Below are positions 25,441 through 36,082 of a stretch of 64,000 nucleotides of DNA, piece by piece; position 1 is the stretch's first letter; every line of letters begins with the position of its first letter. Made by a program: the position numbers and the translations under genes. Below the pieces are notes generated by a model that saw only the letters and a program-made list of their open reading frames with translations, was not told the DNA's origin and did no database searches. The DNA is from a virus. Location: the IMG/VR virus record IMGVR_UViG_3300042508_000910; one strand, 5' to 3'.

Positions 25441-25482
25441 AGAAACCCCTCAAGGTAACCCCTTGGGGGGTTTTCTTTTTTT
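25441..25482 (+). terminator. Intrinsic terminator after capsid gene
   Basis: GAAACCCCTCAAGG/CCTTGGGGGGTTTT hairpin plus T tract. Confidence 0.8.
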
Positions 25483-25527
25483 GGAAAAAGGTCAGTTTTA
25501 ATATATAATATAATTAAAGGTAAAATT

Positions 25528-25875
25528 ATGGCTAAAAAGAAATTAAATTTAAATGACATTCATCAAGCTCATGGCAAAGATGAAAGTAGAAATTCAGTTC
25601 AAAGTTTAGATCAACTCTGGGGCGATGATGGTATGTCAAAATATAAGACTCTAGATGTTTCAGAATATACTCAGCAACTTGCTGAAATGAATAAGAGTGA
25701 TCTTCAAAATCATGCTGCAAAATTGGGTCTTGTGCCAATTGATAGTCGTGATCTTCTTGTCAAAAGACTTGTTGCAGAGTTTAAAAAACATGCAACAAAA
25801 TATCAAAAAGTTCGCAAGCAGGAAACTAAAGACGAGAGCGTAGAAGCTAAAGTTAGAAAATTATTGTCAGATTAA
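25528..25875 (+). CDS. Hypothetical protein
   Basis: ORF track. Confidence 0.75.
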   Translation: MAKKKLNLNDIHQAHGKDESRNSVQSLDQLWGDDGMSKYKTLDVSEYTQQLAEMNKSDLQNHAAKLGLVPIDSRDLLVKRLVAEFKKHATKYQKVRKQETKDESVEAKVRKLLSD

Positions 25876-25911
25876 TTCTGATTAATTTTATTGCCATGTG
25901 TAATTATTACT

Positions 25912-26256
25912 ATGGCAACAAGTTATAATATATCTACGTATCAAGGCGACCTTTTTCAAGCAACTCTATCAGTAAAAGACAGTAATAATACTGCTATTAA
26001 TTTAAGCGGTTATCAGATAAGAGGCCAAGTAAGAGCTAGTTATGGCTCTACAGGAGTTTTATTGGATTTAAATCCTACGATTACAAGCCATGTTTCTGGA
26101 ACTATCAATATTAGTTTAGAATCAGAAGTCACAGACTCTTTACCAGTTGGACAATTTGTTTATGATATAGAAAGGTATCCATCTGGTATACCAACAGGAA
26201 ATAGTATAAAATTAATGCTAGGCAAATTTAATGTTTCACCAGAAGTAACGAGGTAA
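25912..26256 (+). CDS. Ig-like structural protein (BppU N-terminal-like)
   Basis: YQGD.F...INLSGY...QVR...GTINISL...T..LP.G..VYDIE...SPEVTR; start at MATSY. Confidence 0.6.
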   Translation: MATSYNISTYQGDLFQATLSVKDSNNTAINLSGYQIRGQVRASYGSTGVLLDLNPTITSHVSGTINISLESEVTDSLPVGQFVYDIERYPSGIPTGNSIKLMLGKFNVSPEVTR

Positions 26257-26261
26257 AGAAA

Positions 26262-29200
26262 ATGGCAGAAATACAAGTTGATGTCACATTACCTAGTGCA
26301 ACTTCTGTAGATGTAACATCTCCAACACAAGCTCTTGCTGCAAATGTTATAATACCTGGTCCTCAAGGTCCAAGAGGACTACCTTTAAGTTTAAATAATA
26401 TAACTTCAGATTATATCACCATAACTGGACAAGATGGTAATTATGTTTATACAGGGTTAAATACAATTTATATTTCTGGTAATAGTGGATATTTTCAATC
26501 TGCAATCAATACTTTAACAACTAATTTAAATTTGACTGGCGCCAATTTAAATACTTCAATAAATAATTTAAGTGGATTGTTTACTGGATATACTGGTTCT
26601 TTAGATGCAACATATGCAACAGACTCTCAATTACAACAAACAGGAAGCTCTCTTGTTAATTCTATAAATTCACTTAGCGGAACGTTAACTTCTACATATG
26701 CAACAATTACTAATCTTGCTCTCACAGGCTCTACATTACAAACTCAAATAAATAATCTTGATAATACTTATGCTACTGATATAGCTCTTGCTTCTACTGG
26801 AAATACACTACAGACTCAGATTAATAATCTTGGTACGACATATGCAACAGTAACAAATTTAGCTTTAACTGGCTCTACATTAGAGAATAAAATAGGTTCA
26901 CTAAGTGGAACATTAACTTCTGATTATGCTACTATTATTAATCTTGCAAGCACTGGAACAACATTACAAAACTATATAAATTCACTCAGCGGTAGTTCAG
27001 TCTTGTTATACGGAAATCAAACAATAGATGGTACGAAAACTTTTAGAGATAAAGTTTATATTCATGATCTTTATGTTACAGGAACAGAATTCATAGCTAA
27101 TGTACAAAATAATTTTATTGAGAGTCCATATATTCTTCTTAATCTTACTGGTGGCGCAACAGATGGAGGCATTTTCTTTGTCACTGGTTCTGGACTAACT
27201 GGAATAAACGATCTTGGTCCAATCATAGGTTTTGATCATACTGATAAATTTAAATTTGGTATATCCAGCAGAGGATCAGATCTTTCAACATTAAATGATA
27301 TTGCCGCTTTTCAAGATATTACTGCTTATAGTGGTTTTGTTAATAATAAATATGCCACTATAATAAATTTAGCTAGTACTGGTTCTACTCTACAAAATCA
27401 AATAGATAACCTTGGTAATACTTATGCTACTGTAACAAATCTTGCCTCGACTGGTAGTACATTAGAGAGTAAGATAGCTTCCTTAAGTGGTTCAGCAGTT
27501 TTACTATATGGAGACCAAACCATATCTGGTGATAAAACTTTTACACAGAATATAAATATATCAGGTACAGGAACATTTAATGCTGTAGATCTTAATAATA
27601 TAGATCAATTAAGTCTAAGTGGTATAGACATTAGTGTTACGAGTTCAACGGTTAATGTTTATGGTAATATTTTAATCTCTGGTAATCCTGTGCTAACAGG
27701 TATACCAGATGCTAATTGGGCAAGTCAAGCTGAAATAAATTCTTTAAGTGGTCAAGTAGTATTTACTACTGGTGATCAAACGATCAATGGTCTAAAAACT
27801 TTTACATCGGGCATAGATATTTATAGCGGTACAAATCCTCAATCAATCCGAGTATTTAATCAGACAGGAACTAATACTGGTGAGTTTGGATTATTTGGCT
27901 GGCAAAATAATCAATTAGTTATAGGTTCGCAGGCAACTAATTCTGGAATATTAAGAAATATTACAATAACTGGATCAAATATCAACATAACAACAACTGG
28001 AGAAGTATATATTGGGGATGGAGCTTTAAGAGTTGGTAAAAATACGGCAGGTGGTACAAATATTATAGCAGCAGGAACAAATGTTTTATCTCTTCAAGGA
28101 AATGCAACAAATGGTGGTTATGGAAATGTTGCGATTGGGCCAAATGGAGCAGCTCAATTTTTCGTACCATTATATGGATATCCTCAAGTTAGATCAGATG
28201 GTTATTATGCATGGTCAAATAATATTGGAAATGCAGCGTCAACCCCAGATTTATATTTATATCGCGATTCAGCAGGAATTCTTGCTCAACGCAATGGAAC
28301 TAGTGCTCAACAGTTTAGAGTTTATAATTCAACAGGTACAAATTCTGGAGAGTTTGGTTTAATTGGTTGGATTACAGGTTCTGGATTTTCTCCTTCTTTT
28401 ATAATTGGCGCTCAAGCTACTAATAGTGGAATATTGAGATCTTTAATAATTACTGGTGATAGCATAAGTTATAGTGGAAAAAGATTAACTATTGCACATG
28501 CAAATGCTGGTTTATTCTTTGATGCAACTGGTCCAACAATTCGTGGTAATCATTGGGGCGCAGGAGATGCAGGTTTTGTTACTTATAGAAATGGTCTTGA
28601 TATGGGTCGAGGAGGAGCAAAATTCCTACGAGTAGATGCTGGTAGTCCAACAGTAATAGTTGGAAATGGTGCAACTAGTTCTTTAGCAGGTATAGGATTT
28701 GATGGAACAAACTCTAATTTAGATCTTCCAGATGCATTTATTATACGTGATGCTTCTGGAGTTTTATCATTAAGAAATCCAAGAACAAATCTTGGTAATT
28801 CACCTCAACAATTTAGAATTTATAATACAACTGGTACTAATTCTGGTGAATTTGGACTAATTGGATGGCAAAATAATCAACTATTTATTGGAGCCCAAAA
28901 ACAGATCTCAGGAATACTAAGAGATATCGTTGTATCTGGCGCAAATATAAATCTATATGCTATGGGCGATGGAACAGTCCAAGGTGGACAATTACAAATA
29001 CCATATAATACAGATTATAATTCACTAACATTTAGAAATATTCAAAGCAATGTAAACTATTTACAATTAAAAAGATATCTAGGATCTACTTCTGGTCCAT
29101 TATTTACAACTATAGGATTTGCTTCATCAATATCAACAAATAGCGCTTCTACTGCAGATCTTCTTGTAGAAAGAGATGCCGCTGGAATCTTAGCTCAACG

Positions 29201-30872
29201 TAATGGAACTAGCGCGCAACAATTTAGAATTTATAATATAACTGGCACAAATACTGGTGAATTTGGATTAGTTGGTTGGATTAATTCTGGTTTAGTAATT
29301 GGTCCTCAACAAACAAACTCTGGTATTCTTCGTAATTTAACTTTAACTGGTTCTAATATTAATTTATCTGCTACTGGTAATATACTTATTGATAGAAATA
29401 GTCAAATTATATTTCCATCTAGATTTGGAGGAATATCTACAAATCCTAATAGATTATATACAGATTCTCCAACAGATACAAATAACAATTATTATTTTTA
29501 TGGTGGAAATGGAGGAGGAAATTTCGTATTTAATAATTCAGATGGAAATTGGAATTTAGTATTAGCAACAGCTGGAGCCATAGGTTTTACTCAATCAAGT
29601 ACTGCGCAAAAAGGTTCTTTTTCTCCAGATGTTTTATTATATAGAGATGCCGCAAATACATTAGCTCTTCGTAATGGAACTACCTCTCAACAATTTAGAG
29701 CTTATAATACAACTGGCACAAATTCTGGCGAGTTCGGTCTATTTGGTTGGCAAAATAATAATCTAATCATCGGAGCTCAACAATCTCAAAGCGGAACTCT
29801 ACGAGATGTATTTTTAACTGGTCGAAATGTTAATATCAATGCTTCTGGCGTATTTAATATTTTTGGTAATACTAATATATTAGGAAATCTTAATGTAACA
29901 GGAAATATTTTCTTAAGTGGTAATCCTGTACTAACTGGAAGTAATCATACTCATCTTTGGAGTCAATTAACTTATGATAGTCAAATCGGAAGTGCTAACG
30001 CTGGATTTGCGGGTAGAACTGCTGGAGGTAATTTAACTTTATACGCAGGAACACAATCAACGGCAGTTCCAAGTTTTTATGGTTGGGACGGATTCTCAAA
30101 TACATCTTTTACAGCAGCTACAGCAAGAACAAATCTTGGACTAACGAGCACCGCAACTGCTGTAGAAAATACATTCGTAAGAACAACTGGTGATCAAACT
30201 ATTGGCGGCAATAAAACATTTACTGGTATTACTACATTCTCTGGTCAAGAAATTAATCTTGTAGATACAGCCCTTAATCTTAGTGGCGTTGGAGATATGA
30301 CATTTTCTGGAACTAATATTAATTTTATAAATTCTCCAGTATTTATAAGTGGAACAAACTTAAGAGTTAGTGGTGATGTATCAGCATATAACGTATATAC
30401 AACTGGCAAAATTGGAGTAGGAACATCCTCTCCTACAGAAAAATTAGAAGTAGCTGGTAATATTAAATTTGGTGATGTTGCAAATGGTTATTCTGCTAAG
30501 TTTATGATGTGGGACCCTGCAAATGCCGTATATAATACTGGGGATTGGTATGATAGCCAACTTACATTAACGGATTCTGCAAATAATAAATCTATAGCAT
30601 TAAATTTCTATGGAGATACAAACTCTCTAATATCTAACGGTTCAATACTTAGACTTCCTTCTGGTAAAGATGATTTTATCGCAATGGATAGCGAAGTTGT
30701 TCATAAAACTGGAAATGAAACTATCTCTGGCATTAAAACTTTCATAGGAAACCATATTATTAGTGGAAATACCACAGTAAGTGGTTCTATTAATATTAGC
30801 GGTAATTATGATATATATTCTCAAATAGAAAATGTAAAAAAATTAGCAATTGCCTATGCTATAGCACTATAA
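26262..30872 (+). CDS. Large repetitive tail fibre protein
   Basis: TYAT.TNLA.TG.TL repeats, G.QTI.G.KTF joints, five FR.YN.TGTN.GEFGL.GW modules, C-terminal AIAYAIAL. Confidence 0.8.
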   Translation: MAEIQVDVTLPSATSVDVTSPTQALAANVIIPGPQGPRGLPLSLNNITSDYITITGQDGNYVYTGLNTIYISGNSGYFQSAINTLTTNLNLTGANLNTSINNLSGLFTGYTGSLDATYATDSQLQQTGSSLVNSINSLSGTLTSTYATITNLALTGSTLQTQINNLDNTYATDIALASTGNTLQTQINNLGTTYATVTNLALTGSTLENKIGSLSGTLTSDYATIINLASTGTTLQNYINSLSGSSVLLYGNQTIDGTKTFRDKVYIHDLYVTGTEFIANVQNNFIESPYILLNLTGGATDGGIFFVTGSGLTGINDLGPIIGFDHTDKFKFGISSRGSDLSTLNDIAAFQDITAYSGFVNNKYATIINLASTGSTLQNQIDNLGNTYATVTNLASTGSTLESKIASLSGSAVLLYGDQTISGDKTFTQNINISGTGTFNAVDLNNIDQLSLSGIDISVTSSTVNVYGNILISGNPVLTGIPDANWASQAEINSLSGQVVFTTGDQTINGLKTFTSGIDIYSGTNPQSIRVFNQTGTNTGEFGLFGWQNNQLVIGSQATNSGILRNITITGSNINITTTGEVYIGDGALRVGKNTAGGTNIIAAGTNVLSLQGNATNGGYGNVAIGPNGAAQFFVPLYGYPQVRSDGYYAWSNNIGNAASTPDLYLYRDSAGILAQRNGTSAQQFRVYNSTGTNSGEFGLIGWITGSGFSPSFIIGAQATNSGILRSLIITGDSISYSGKRLTIAHANAGLFFDATGPTIRGNHWGAGDAGFVTYRNGLDMGRGGAKFLRVDAGSPTVIVGNGATSSLAGIGFDGTNSNLDLPDAFIIRDASGVLSLRNPRTNLGNSPQQFRIYNTTGTNSGEFGLIGWQNNQLFIGAQKQISGILRDIVVSGANINLYAMGDGTVQGGQLQIPYNTDYNSLTFRNIQSNVNYLQLKRYLGSTSGPLFTTIGFASSISTNSASTADLLVERDAAGILAQRNGTSAQQFRIYNITGTNTGEFGLVGWINSGLVIGPQQTNSGILRNLTLTGSNINLSATGNILIDRNSQIIFPSRFGGISTNPNRLYTDSPTDTNNNYYFYGGNGGGNFVFNNSDGNWNLVLATAGAIGFTQSSTAQKGSFSPDVLLYRDAANTLALRNGTTSQQFRAYNTTGTNSGEFGLFGWQNNNLIIGAQQSQSGTLRDVFLTGRNVNINASGVFNIFGNTNILGNLNVTGNIFLSGNPVLTGSNHTHLWSQLTYDSQIGSANAGFAGRTAGGNLTLYAGTQSTAVPSFYGWDGFSNTSFTAATARTNLGLTSTATAVENTFVRTTGDQTIGGNKTFTGITTFSGQEINLVDTALNLSGVGDMTFSGTNINFINSPVFISGTNLRVSGDVSAYNVYTTGKIGVGTSSPTEKLEVAGNIKFGDVANGYSAKFMMWDPANAVYNTGDWYDSQLTLTDSANNKSIALNFYGDTNSLISNGSILRLPSGKDDFIAMDSEVVHKTGNETISGIKTFIGNHIISGNTTVSGSINISGNYDIYSQIENVKKLAIAYAIAL

Positions 30873-30888
30873 TATAAAGGACAATAAT

Positions 30889-31740
30889 ATGAAAAAACTT
30901 ATCACAGGATACCAATTTTTAGCAAATAGTAGAATAGTTAATTTTACTGAATATGGACCAACAAATCCAGTAATACTAGATAATCTATTACTAATAACAA
31001 ATGTTAGCAGAGGACAAATAATATATAACTTTGCAGACACAGCAGCCACAGGATCTGTTAATTCTACTAGCGGTTTTCTTCTTGGATATAATACAACAAG
31101 TATGGCGAATGCTGATCGTCTTCAAATATTTTATGATGCTCCAACAGAAGACGTTGATTTTGCTACTGGATATCTTACAGGATATATTACAGGGTCTGGT
31201 ACAAGTACAGGTTTATATTCTTCTCCAATAAGATTCGATTATCAATCAGTAGGTGGTCGCGCTGTTGATGTTGCTTCTGGTTTTTTTCCTCAATACAATA
31301 GAAATGCTCACGCAGTATTAAATATAGATTCTCAAGGCGGTGGTGCATTAACTTTACAAGCAGATCTTGATAAAGATATTGACAGCGTCACAGCGTTTCC
31401 TCCTGTTGGTGGTTATGCTAGTAATTATTCTATTCAAACTGGAGTAGGAACAATTATTAGTGGTAATAATAGCCGACTTGCTTGGGGCATAACAAATTAC
31501 GGTACAGGAAATATTTATCTAAAATTTGGAGCAGGAGCAACAGTAACAACTGGCACAAGTTTTGGCATAACAAATGTGATAACTGGTAGCAGTTTCAATA
31601 TAATATTAAAAGGTGGCAATACTGAATTTGATAATAATGGTGGTTCATTTTTTGATTTTACTCCAAAATATAATGGACCAGTAAGTGTTGCAGGTTATCC
31701 AAATCAAAATATTAAATACATAAGTTGGGAATTAGTATGA
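30889..31740 (+). CDS. Putative fibre-associated structural protein
   Basis: LLLITNV...IIYNFAD...DRLQIFYD; follows the fibre gene. Confidence 0.6.
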   Translation: MKKLITGYQFLANSRIVNFTEYGPTNPVILDNLLLITNVSRGQIIYNFADTAATGSVNSTSGFLLGYNTTSMANADRLQIFYDAPTEDVDFATGYLTGYITGSGTSTGLYSSPIRFDYQSVGGRAVDVASGFFPQYNRNAHAVLNIDSQGGGALTLQADLDKDIDSVTAFPPVGGYASNYSIQTGVGTIISGNNSRLAWGITNYGTGNIYLKFGAGATVTTGTSFGITNVITGSSFNIILKGGNTEFDNNGGSFFDFTPKYNGPVSVAGYPNQNIKYISWELV

Positions 31741-32015
31741 TAGAGAAAAAAGTAATAATCAACTCACCAATTATATCAGAAGAATTAGCTGAAATTTTAA
31801 AACAAGTTAAATTTCTTCATTGGGATGATTCTGGTCACACTATCACAAGACCAGCAGAATTTGGTTATACTATTATGCCAATGCCAATCAAAGATGGTCC
31901 AGAACCAGAGAATCCTTCTGCTGAAGATGTTAGACCAGTAATTGGCTGGTGGTTTATTTGTATTGTTCCAGAAGATTTCCTTCCGCCAGAAGGGGTAACA
32001 TTGGAAAATGTATAA
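31737..32015 (+). CDS. Hypothetical protein
   Basis: Track ORF with start moved to the ATGA overlap at 31737. Confidence 0.6.
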   Translation: MIEKKVIINSPIISEELAEILKQVKFLHWDDSGHTITRPAEFGYTIMPMPIKDGPEPENPSAEDVRPVIGWWFICIVPEDFLPPEGVTLENV

Positions 32016-32826
32016 AAGATACTATGATATTGATGTTGATGCAAAAGCTTACGCAAACAATATTGTAAAAGCTGGCGGAAGAATACCGTCTGATATAGGT
32101 AGTGTTAGTGATTTTATAAGAAGATTAAAGCAAAACAATCTTTGGGCTTCTTTTGGCGAAGGTTGGTTAATGAGATCAACCCAAAATATTGGAACAGGCA
32201 CAAGCGTTATACCTTTAAAAGACTACAATAATCGCGCTACAATGATAAGTGGTCCAACATGGAGTCCAGCAGGTATAGTATTTGATGGAGTTGATGATTA
32301 TATTATATGTAATGCTACAGAAAATTGGAAAAAACTTGTTGCCCAAAAAAGCATAAGTGCATTTTGTGTTGGAACCTGCCCAACTTCTGGGGGGAGAGGC
32401 GGAATGTTGCTATGTAGTATTACTCAATATACTTTTCTTTGGCTGACTCCAAGAACAGATTTTGGTGGAGAATTTAGATATGGTTCAAATACTACAGGAT
32501 CTTACTCGAACACAAGTGATAACACAACTACTGGATTTAATGTGTGGACAAGCACTGGCGGAGTAGGTAAAAGAACAATAGGTTATCGGAATGGCGCATC
32601 TATAGCAAGTAATGGTGCAGCATCTGCAGGAGACACAACTATTAGTTACGAACAACTGCCAAACAACAATCAGGGTGGATCTTTAACTATTGGTAGAGCT
32701 GCTGGTGGATATCAAGGTACATATTCTCATTGCCTCATCTTTACTGATTATCTTTCATCAACAGATGTAACCACAGTTTATAACATAATTAAAAGCACAA
32801 TCGGAAAGGGTTTAAATTTACCATGA
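32008..32826 (+). CDS. Tandem paralog 1 (lectin/LamG-like core)
   Basis: YYDIDVDAKAY...FIRRLK..LW...W..R..QN.GTG...FDGVDDY...KSTIGKGLNLP. Confidence 0.75.
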   Translation: MYKRYYDIDVDAKAYANNIVKAGGRIPSDIGSVSDFIRRLKQNNLWASFGEGWLMRSTQNIGTGTSVIPLKDYNNRATMISGPTWSPAGIVFDGVDDYIICNATENWKKLVAQKSISAFCVGTCPTSGGRGGMLLCSITQYTFLWLTPRTDFGGEFRYGSNTTGSYSNTSDNTTTGFNVWTSTGGVGKRTIGYRNGASIASNGAASAGDTTISYEQLPNNNQGGSLTIGRAAGGYQGTYSHCLIFTDYLSSTDVTTVYNIIKSTIGKGLNLP

Positions 32827-33620
32827 GATTTTACGATCTTGATATTGATGTTAAAAACTACGCTAAAAGAATAATAGATGGTGGTAATCCAATACCTTCT
32901 GATATTGAAGCGGTTAGTGACTTCGTTAAAGGTTTAAAAGCTTATAATATATACTATAGTTTAATTGATGCTTGGTTTTTGCGTAAAGCGCAAAATGCAG
33001 GTCAAGGAACAACAGTTTATGGTTTCAAAAAATATAATGGAATAATAGTAAATGGTGGGATTTGGCAATCTGATGGTATAGAATGCGATGTAGCTTTTAG
33101 TAGATATATTGATGTTAGATTACAGCCTAATACAGTAAATACAATTTGCGCTTTTTCTGTAGGAAGAAGTTTTGCTCCTATGCCAAATTTTACAAATGGA
33201 TATCCACATCACTTAGCGTTAAGCTCTACTAGTTATGTAAACGGACAATATGCAATATATTCAAATGGCAATAATGGCAATTCTTGGACAATTGCAGATA
33301 GTGCGACTCTTAATATGACTTCTACTTATACTCGTATGCTTAGAGGTTTATTTCAAACTGGCAGACATTCAATTAATATTAATTCTGGAGCTACTGCTAC
33401 TGTAACTAGTCCCGCTCCCCAAACTCCTTTATTTTATGATAGAATAATCTTTGGTGGAAGATGGTTTAATGCTAATACAATTCAAGCTTCTGGAGGAAGT
33501 TTTGGCGTTGGCTTTCATGGTACTCATACTGCTGAATTTCTTTTTGATAGCGAAATAGATAATGTAATCTTCTATAATCTATTTAAATCTACTGTTGGAA
33601 GAGGACTTGTTTTACCATGA
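32823..33620 (+). CDS. Tandem paralog 2
   Basis: FYDLDIDVKNY...FVKGLK...KSTVGRGLVLP. Confidence 0.75.
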   Translation: MRFYDLDIDVKNYAKRIIDGGNPIPSDIEAVSDFVKGLKAYNIYYSLIDAWFLRKAQNAGQGTTVYGFKKYNGIIVNGGIWQSDGIECDVAFSRYIDVRLQPNTVNTICAFSVGRSFAPMPNFTNGYPHHLALSSTSYVNGQYAIYSNGNNGNSWTIADSATLNMTSTYTRMLRGLFQTGRHSININSGATATVTSPAPQTPLFYDRIIFGGRWFNANTIQASGGSFGVGFHGTHTAEFLFDSEIDNVIFYNLFKSTVGRGLVLP

Positions 33621-34447
33621 AGTATTATAAATTAGATAAGGACGTGAAACAATACCTAAAAAGAATGGCCGCAGATGGCATAAAAACTCCAGCAGATATT
33701 TATTCTGTGAATGATTTTGTTGTTGGATTAAAGGATTTGAATTTATATAGTGGATTAATTGATTTATGGTTTACAAGAAGTCTTCAAAATGCTGGTGTTT
33801 TCACAAAGCTTTACGCATTTAAATCTTCGTATTATGATGCAATTATAACTTCTGATGGATCGCCTACTTGGACGGCAAATGGCATAAGAACTTCTGTTAC
33901 TGCTGGTTTTTCAGCTCCATCAATTTGGATACCTAATGGTGCAGATTTATTAGCAAGATATCCTGTAACAAGTTTTTGCGTTTTTAATTGCTATAATACT
34001 TCTTGGAGTAGCAACTACTATTGGATGTACGGAAATGCTTACAGCAGTCAAACAGACAATCAAAATAATGGCGGATGGTTTAGGGCAGCGGTTGGTGTTG
34101 ACGTTTTGAATCAAATGCGAGGACAGACTTTAACTAGCGCAACCACATTCTCTCATGGAATTTTTCAGTTAAATGGTAACACAACCATTAATCAAGCTTC
34201 TAATAATTCTAGAAATTATAGAAATGGTAGCCTTAGTTCAACGCAAACCGCTTTTGGCCCTATTTTACCACGTCCTACAAACGCAAGCGGAGGAAAATCT
34301 TATCAAATTGGTGGATCTTTTGGAACAGTTGCAAATGGTACAATATCTTTCCACTCAGTTTTTGAAAATGATTTCTCGACAACAGATCATCTTAATTTTT
34401 ATAATCTTTATAAAGTTACAGCAGGTAAAGGATTAGGTTTACCATGA
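33617..34447 (+). CDS. Tandem paralog 3
   Basis: YYKLDKDVKQY...FVVGLK...KVTAGKGLGLP. Confidence 0.75.
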   Translation: MKYYKLDKDVKQYLKRMAADGIKTPADIYSVNDFVVGLKDLNLYSGLIDLWFTRSLQNAGVFTKLYAFKSSYYDAIITSDGSPTWTANGIRTSVTAGFSAPSIWIPNGADLLARYPVTSFCVFNCYNTSWSSNYYWMYGNAYSSQTDNQNNGGWFRAAVGVDVLNQMRGQTLTSATTFSHGIFQLNGNTTINQASNNSRNYRNGSLSSTQTAFGPILPRPTNASGGKSYQIGGSFGTVANGTISFHSVFENDFSTTDHLNFYNLYKVTAGKGLGLP

Positions 34448-35262
34448 AATACTATCAACTAGATAATGATACAAAAAAATATATAAAGCGCCTCAGTTAT
34501 AACGGCTATAAAACTCCTGCAGATATTTATTCTATTGATCAGTTTATTAGAGGATTAAAAGATCTTGGAGTATGGGGAAATTTTGTTGACGCTTGGTTTA
34601 TGAGAAACAATCAAAATGTTGGAACAGGGTCTAGTGTTTTTTCTTTTAGAAATTCAACTTATAATGCAACTCTTGTTAATTCTCCTACTTGGCATTCTAA
34701 TGGTATTAATTTTACAACATCACAGTACGCATTTAGTCTTATCAATAATTTAGATCAAGATGTAACTTTAGTTTTTGTGGGGGCAGGAAACGGCGGGACA
34801 GCAATTGTTTTTGGCCAAATTTTTGGTATTCAAAATAATAATGGAATCATCGGAAATGGAGAAATAAGAATTCAAAATTTTACTGGAAATAGTACTCAAA
34901 TATCTCTTGCTCATAGAAATTCAGCTCATACCTCAGATCGAAGTTCTGGAACTATAACTAATCCATTTAATAATAGTTTAGGTTATACGATGCTTGCTGG
35001 TAGCGCAAAAATTAATACAATATTAAATATAAGAAATTTAAATGCAGGGACTTCTAATTCAAGCACTTCTGCTGGATTAGGCATAGCTACTCTTAATAGA
35101 ATGCAAGTAAATGGCAGGTTCAATGACGGAAATCCCGTTCAACTTGGCGCCAATATTACATCTTCGCTATGCATGATATTTTCGCCTCAAATAGATTTTG
35201 CCACAACTTCTATTTATAATTTATATAAATCTACTGCAGGAAAAGGATTAGGACTAACATGA
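34444..35262 (+). CDS. Tandem paralog 4
   Basis: YYQLDNDTKKY...FIRGLK...KSTAGKGLGLT. Confidence 0.75.
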   Translation: MKYYQLDNDTKKYIKRLSYNGYKTPADIYSIDQFIRGLKDLGVWGNFVDAWFMRNNQNVGTGSSVFSFRNSTYNATLVNSPTWHSNGINFTTSQYAFSLINNLDQDVTLVFVGAGNGGTAIVFGQIFGIQNNNGIIGNGEIRIQNFTGNSTQISLAHRNSAHTSDRSSGTITNPFNNSLGYTMLAGSAKINTILNIRNLNAGTSNSSTSAGLGIATLNRMQVNGRFNDGNPVQLGANITSSLCMIFSPQIDFATTSIYNLYKSTAGKGLGLT

Positions 35263-36065
35263 TAACCAACAAAACATATGGAATAGATAATGATGTATTA
35301 GCTTATAATGCTAGAATAATTTCGGCTGGCTTTCAAGGATTATCTACTCAGAGTCTTCGCGAAATAAATCAACTTGTAATTGGACTAAAAAAACTAAAAG
35401 TCTGGGAATTTCTTGGTGAAGGTTGGCTTTGTAGAAACGTGCATAATGTTGGAAGTGGGGATACATTGTATTCTTTAAAAGGAAATTTTAATGCTACTCT
35501 AGTTGGAAGCCCAGATTGGACAACTAAAGGACTAGTCTATCCATCTGGAAATTTAAGATATTCACAGACTTCCTCTTCTTTTATTCCTAATACTGAATTT
35601 ACATTAATTATGGATTATAAATCTTTAGATTCTGGTCTTACAAGAGTATATTCTGAATTTTCAAGAAATACATTATCAGCAAAAAATTTAGATTTTTATA
35701 AGGGAAACGTTGGGACACAATATGTTATAAGAAATGTAACAGATGGTTTAACTAGTACTAGTTTATCTACCACTGGAGATACTGGGATTTTTAGAATTTT
35801 AGCTTGGGGATATAATAATGACACTTCTACTGCTAGAGTTATGAGCGAAGATAGGATAACAGATAGCTCTGCTAGTCTTAGCATAAATAATAAAGACACA
35901 GGAACATTTAGACCTAGATCAGCTGGTGCATTCGGAAGCACAGGTTCAGATGGAATTCAGTCTTGTTGTTTTTGGTTTAATAAATTACTTTCTCAAACAG
36001 AAATGCTTGCGATTAAAAATCTGCTAAGATCAACGGTAGCTCAACAAGGCAGTTTAGAGTTTTAA
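35259..36065 (+). CDS. Tandem paralog 5
   Basis: TYGIDNDVLAY...LVIGLK...GEGWLCR...RSTVA. Confidence 0.72.
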   Translation: MITNKTYGIDNDVLAYNARIISAGFQGLSTQSLREINQLVIGLKKLKVWEFLGEGWLCRNVHNVGSGDTLYSLKGNFNATLVGSPDWTTKGLVYPSGNLRYSQTSSSFIPNTEFTLIMDYKSLDSGLTRVYSEFSRNTLSAKNLDFYKGNVGTQYVIRNVTDGLTSTSLSTTGDTGIFRILAWGYNNDTSTARVMSEDRITDSSASLSINNKDTGTFRPRSAGAFGSTGSDGIQSCCFWFNKLLSQTEMLAIKNLLRSTVAQQGSLEF

Positions 36066-36082
36066 AAGTGTAATTTCTATAT

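Noticed and set aside
26262-36065. Diversity-generating retroelement acting on fibre or lectin genes
   Set aside because: No reverse transcriptase and no near-identical template/variable repeat pair differing at adenines seen in this window
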